A stretch of DNA of 44,219 nt from a virus, in IMG/VR virus record IMGVR_UViG_3300033757_000175. One strand, written 5' to 3'. Shown here one piece after another: positions 41,305 through 44,219 of this stretch. Made by a program: the position numbers and the translations under genes. A model generated the notes under the pieces. It was not told the DNA's origin. It did not search any database and worked only from the letters and a program-made list of their open reading frames with translations. The stretch's first letter is position 1, and every line of letters starts with the position of its first letter.

Positions 41305-41370
41305 ACAAACCTCTTCAAAACTAGTCCGGTCCTGGGCAGCCGGAGGCGGCCTGCCCGTCCCGGCCTACCT

Positions 41371-41399
41371 AATATACGCCACAAGGCCTCCCTTTGTTC
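41371..41399 (-). promoter_or_regulatory. Early promoter candidate within GC-rich island C
   Basis: Minus strand GAACAA (41399-41394), a 17-nt spacer, then TATATT (41376-41371). The same upstream A-tract element and the same geometry are seen at 37770-37823. It is followed by a GC hairpin leader (41334-41356). Confidence 0.3.
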
Positions 41400-41631
41400 G
41401 CCAAAATCCGCCCCTTCCCCAAAATTTTTTAGCCCGGTAAACCACGATTTTATTGGAACTTGTTATACAGAAATTAAACTTTTTCGTCCAAAATCGTGTT
41501 AGATAAAAACTAAAATGGGTATTTGTGAAAAATTTTTTTGTTGTCATAACTCCCTATAAATCTGATATTTGTGAGAAGCTCAGTGACATGTTGCACAGAA
41601 TTCTTGTTAATTTTTAGGGTATTTTTCTGCA

Positions 41632-41637
41632 TATAAT
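41632..41637 (+). promoter_or_regulatory. -10 box of a rightward promoter candidate for the packaging/structural arm
   Basis: A perfect TATAAT in an A/T-rich context with no convincing -35. Confidence 0.35.
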
Positions 41638-41685
41638 ATAGAGACTCTTATATTCTTCTATGGTATAACCTCTGAATAAATCTTT

Positions 41686-41707
41686 GGTAAAGGGTTATCC
41701 CTTTACC
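41686..41707 (+). promoter_or_regulatory. Perfect 9-bp hairpin in the leader of the rightward arm (attenuator or processing candidate)
   Basis: GGTAAAGGG-ttat-CCCTTTACC lies about 50 nt downstream of the TATAAT; the T tract is weak. Confidence 0.4.
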
Positions 41708-41805
41708 ATGTGTATTTACCTCTGGCTCTACAAGAAATAAGAGAAAAGAATATAAGCGAAGCTTATAACGCCAGATTCTGTCCATACTGTAAGGAACCAA
41801 CATAG

Positions 41806-41970
41806 ATGGCCTACTGTAAAAAATGCAAAAGGATAAAGTCCAATTATGACTTCCTAGAAAGAGAAGACAGGGAAGGCCTCTATAGTTGGTGTATTGAATG
41901 TATGGTAAAGTATAGTCGTAGGGTAGACTTTCCACCAAAAGATGAACGAGGATTTGGGAAATCAAAATGA
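41806..41970 (+). CDS. Zinc-ribbon mini-protein (54 aa), absent from the ORF track
   Basis: MAYCKKCKRIKSNYDFLEREDREGLYSWCIECMVKYSRRVDFPPKDERGFGKSK; ATGA overlap with terS. Confidence 0.5.
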   Translation: MAYCKKCKRIKSNYDFLEREDREGLYSWCIECMVKYSRRVDFPPKDERGFGKSK

Positions 41971-42569
41971 GTGAGAAAAAGAGAAAGAGTTTTACAGAAG
42001 GAAAGGAGCGAAAGTTTACTCTTCCAGAACGGGCTAGATTTGATATTAGAATGTTGCCTGTGATTCAGAATCTTGTAGCAATGGGATTGACTGAATCTGA
42101 CATTGGCATGGTAGTTGGTTATCAGGGAGCCAATACGGTTGATTGGCTGCATAACCTCAAAAAGAAACATCCAGAGGTGGTAGAGGCTTGTAAAGCTGGA
42201 GCCAGGATGGCCGACAGCTTTCTTGTAGCTCAGATGTTTCGTTCTGCTATTGGTTACGATTATGTCGAAGAAGAGTGGGGGTATAACAAGGACGGGGAAT
42301 GGGTCAAAAAGAAAGAATCTATCAAACACCAACCGGCCAATGCTCAGATGGCTATTTTTATGGCAACAAATAGGATGCCCGAACAGTTTAAGCATCGAGT
42401 TGATCTAACAAAACGTGGATTGATTATCGATAATACTGAGGAACTTTCGTCTGAACAGATAGAAAAATTAGCTGGTGCATTGTTGGAAGAAGCCAATAAA
42501 ACTAAACTACTTACAGCAGATGTAGTTGATGCAAAATTTGTGGAGACAGAAAATGCTGACAGCAAATGA
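41967..42569 (+). CDS. terS: Terminase small subunit candidate
   Basis: 200 aa, two genes upstream of terL. It has a basic N-terminus, the HTH-like segment LVAMGLTESDIGMVVGY and the segment ANAQMAIFMATNRMPEQFKHR. Confidence 0.6.
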   Translation: MSEKKRKSFTEGKERKFTLPERARFDIRMLPVIQNLVAMGLTESDIGMVVGYQGANTVDWLHNLKKKHPEVVEACKAGARMADSFLVAQMFRSAIGYDYVEEEWGYNKDGEWVKKKESIKHQPANAQMAIFMATNRMPEQFKHRVDLTKRGLIIDNTEELSSEQIEKLAGALLEEANKTKLLTADVVDAKFVETENADSK

Positions 42570-42729
42570 ATTGGGCTATGTAAGCGCATTGCTGCAAGTT
42601 GCTACTGTTGCAAAAGAAGCGAAGGCTGAAGAGCTTAGAGAGCGTTTGGTAAAATACGCTGAAAATGTTCTAGACCAATCCGAATCTCAGATTGTTACAG
42701 CTAAGATTGTGGAGTTTTCAAACAAATGA
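42553..42729 (+). CDS. Small helical protein (58 aa)
   Basis: GGAGACAGAAA-ATG at 42553, trimmed from 42526. It overlaps the terS end by 17 nt. Confidence 0.45.
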   Translation: MLTANELGYVSALLQVATVAKEAKAEELRERLVKYAENVLDQSESQIVTAKIVEFSNK

Positions 42730-42896
42730 CTAAACCAGAGTTGAAACAAAAACTAGAAGAACTTGAGCGTAGAGTGAAATGGCTTGAGGAGCATAGTTAT
42801 TTATATTATCTTATTCCATGTTATACTCCGCAGCCGGCATATCCTTCTACGCCTTATGTCAACACAGATAATACTAGTGCAGGATTTCCACAATGA
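42726..42896 (+). CDS. Small protein (56 aa), absent from the ORF track
   Basis: MTKPELKQKLEELERRVKWLEEHSYLYYLIPCYTPQPAYPSTPYVNTDNTSAGFPQ; ATGA overlaps at both ends. Confidence 0.45.
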   Translation: MTKPELKQKLEELERRVKWLEEHSYLYYLIPCYTPQPAYPSTPYVNTDNTSAGFPQ

Positions 42897-44219
42897 ATCT
42901 AAAGATTTTTGATAGTCCAGATGGATTCTTTGAGGCAATTCCAAAAGGACTAGAAGAAAATCTTAATTTTAGGATGAATGTTCTAAGTCCTGTTTTGGAT
43001 AAAGATTCATCTTTACAGAAGATTGTTCTTAAGATGATGCTTGAGAATCCAAAGATTTATTTCAATGCTTTTGCATGGACACTTAACCCACGACTTCCAG
43101 TTGGTTTGAGAAATCGTCCTTTTATTCTTCGGCCAAAACAGGAAAAAGCTGTAGATACTATTACTTCTAGTATTATACATCAAAATGATGTTGGAATCAA
43201 CAAAGCTAGGGATGAAGGAGCAACTGAAATAGTAACAAAGTTGATTGCCCTACTGTCAATTCTTCCTGATTCATACTATATTGTTGGTTCAAGAAATAAG
43301 GATTTGGTGGACAGTAAGGGTGATCCTTATACTTTGTTTGCAAAGATCGATTATGCATTTGACACAATGCCCGGCTGGCTAAAAAAGACGATTCAGTACA
43401 ACCCGCTATTGAATCGCAAGGACATGCAACTCAATATTCCAGCAGTGAATAGTGTAATTCGTGGTGAAACTACTAACGAATCGTTTTCAGCTGGTCGTCG
43501 TTCGACTGCTATTTTTCTAGATGAGTTTGGTAGGGTTGAGCCAAGAGTGGCTGAATCCATTGAAGGAAGCGTTCATGATGTTACTGGTTGTGTTATATAT
43601 GGAAGTACTCACTGGTATGGTGAAAGCCATCCATTCGCCAGAGCTTTGCGTAAACCCAGTACGGCTGTAGTTAATCTTCTTTGGTATGAAAACCCAGAGA
43701 AGGCGGCTGGTCTGTACAAAACTCCTGACTATAATGTGATAGAAATTGTGGACAAAGAATATTATACCACAAATTATCCTCAAATATTTACTCAGGATTT
43801 TAATTGGACATTTAAGCTGTCTGAACTGGAGAAGGAGTTGCTCAGCCGTGGATATACTGGACCGTCACCAAAGTTTATTGCTGATAAGTGTGAAGGTCTT
43901 CCTCCTGGGGCTGACGTGCGTTCTCCGTGGCATGATAAAGAAGAGGAACGCCGACAAGGCAACTTTCGTGATTTTGTATCCAATGTTTGGGCTTCTCCTG
44001 TTGGTTCACAGGATTCGGTATTCTCTACTATCACTTTGGCACGGATCGAAACTTCTACCATCTCTGACCCTAGGTTTAATGGGGACTTTGGCTATCAACG
44101 TGATGCCGATGGACATGTAGTTAATGCTCATGTTATACGATCAGGACGACAAAGGTTTCGCTGGTGGGGAGAAGTCAATGAAAAGGGAATGCCGATCATC
44201 AATCATAATTATGTGATTG
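42893..44219 (+). CDS. terL: Terminase large subunit, N-terminal (ATPase) part; runs off the window end and continues at base 1
   Basis: An ORF open for 442 codons from ATG 42893, missing from the ORF track because it has no stop in the window. Walker A-like INKARDEGATE and Walker B-like AIFLDEFG. Confidence 0.85.
   Translation, partial: MNLKIFDSPDGFFEAIPKGLEENLNFRMNVLSPVLDKDSSLQKIVLKMMLENPKIYFNAFAWTLNPRLPVGLRNRPFILRPKQEKAVDTITSSIIHQNDVGINKARDEGATEIVTKLIALLSILPDSYYIVGSRNKDLVDSKGDPYTLFAKIDYAFDTMPGWLKKTIQYNPLLNRKDMQLNIPAVNSVIRGETTNESFSAGRRSTAIFLDEFGRVEPRVAESIEGSVHDVTGCVIYGSTHWYGESHPFARALRKPSTAVVNLLWYENPEKAAGLYKTPDYNVIEIVDKEYYTTNYPQIFTQDFNWTFKLSELEKELLSRGYTGPSPKFIADKCEGLPPGADVRSPWHDKEEERRQGNFRDFVSNVWASPVGSQDSVFSTITLARIETSTISDPRFNGDFGYQRDADGHVVNAHVIRSGRQRFRWWGEVNEKGMPIINHNYVI
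44165..44219. repeat. Terminal direct repeat, second copy (identical to 1-55)
   Basis: Read directly. Confidence 0.95.

Noticed and set aside
41710-41805. Upstream extension of the zinc-ribbon ORF across a TAG (…NARFCPYCKEPT-TAG-MAYCKKC…)
   Set aside because: The downstream ORF starts with its own ATG directly after the TAG and has a complete CxxC…CxxC ribbon. The upstream piece has only a GTG start, no SD and a single CxxC, so it is most simply leader sequence.
41365-42395. Minus-strand ORFs 41365-41547, 41648-41965 and 41880-42395
   Set aside because: They lie in the intergenic control region or antisense to terS and the zinc-ribbon ORF. Their translations are hydrophobic and low-complexity, and they lack an SD.
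43517-44120. ORF-track entries 43517-43783(-), 43746-44120(+) and 43792-44061(-)
   Set aside because: They lie inside the terL reading frame (42893 to the window end). That frame was not listed only because it has no stop within the window.
1-44219. Genome-wide TAG (or TAA) stop-codon reassignment as the explanation for the interrupted early ORFs
   Set aside because: TAG terminates several well-supported genes at natural operon junctions: portal 2478-2480, protease 3181-3183, 12559-12561, spike 14183-14185 and the 1046-aa gene 22824-22826. TAA is the dominant stop.

Overview
The window is a complete, circularly closed genome of a tailed dsDNA phage. Unit length is 44,164 bp, because bases 1-55 are identical to 44165-44219. 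GC is roughly 38% by eye, and genes are Shine-Dalgarno-led and tightly packed or overlapping.

The genome has two arms.
- Plus-strand packaging/structural arm: it starts at a divergent control region (about 41.3-41.8 kb). It runs through a zinc-ribbon ORF, terS, terL (split by the window edge), portal, a trypsin-like protease, scaffold and capsid. It continues through Fn3-like, beta-helix and fibre proteins and a 1046-aa internal protein, and ends at a bidirectional terminator (23002-23025).
- Minus-strand early/replication arm (41304 down to 23048): it carries an HTH regulator, family A DNA polymerase, CHC2-TOPRIM primase and DnaB-like helicase. It also carries a Cas4/RecB-like nuclease, a DEDD exonuclease, an Hjc-like resolvase and many Cys4 mini-proteins.

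I saw no tail tube, sheath or tape measure, and no integrase, phage RNA polymerase, tRNA, CRISPR array or recognisable endolysin. The phage therefore looks podovirus-like and probably virulent.

The observations most worth follow-up are:
1. A GC-rich (over 50%) four-ORF cassette at 36.9-38.3 kb with its own sigma70-type promoter and terminators. It lies between a SLOG/DUF2493 gene and a pentapeptide-repeat (DNA-mimic type) gene. Together these form a candidate host-interaction or counter-defence island whose products I cannot assign to any family.
2. Two further GC-rich islands (33.0-33.2 kb and 41.3-41.4 kb) that share sequence words with that cassette.
3. A 36-bp inverted repeat (35/36 identical), in frame in both copies. 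It brackets the 3' end of the 1046-aa virion gene, a small membrane-protein gene and the terminator, as an invertible segment would.
4. A lipobox-bearing S1 protease in the head module.
5. Early ORFs interrupted by in-frame stop codons.

All functional calls come from motifs read by eye; no database search was possible.
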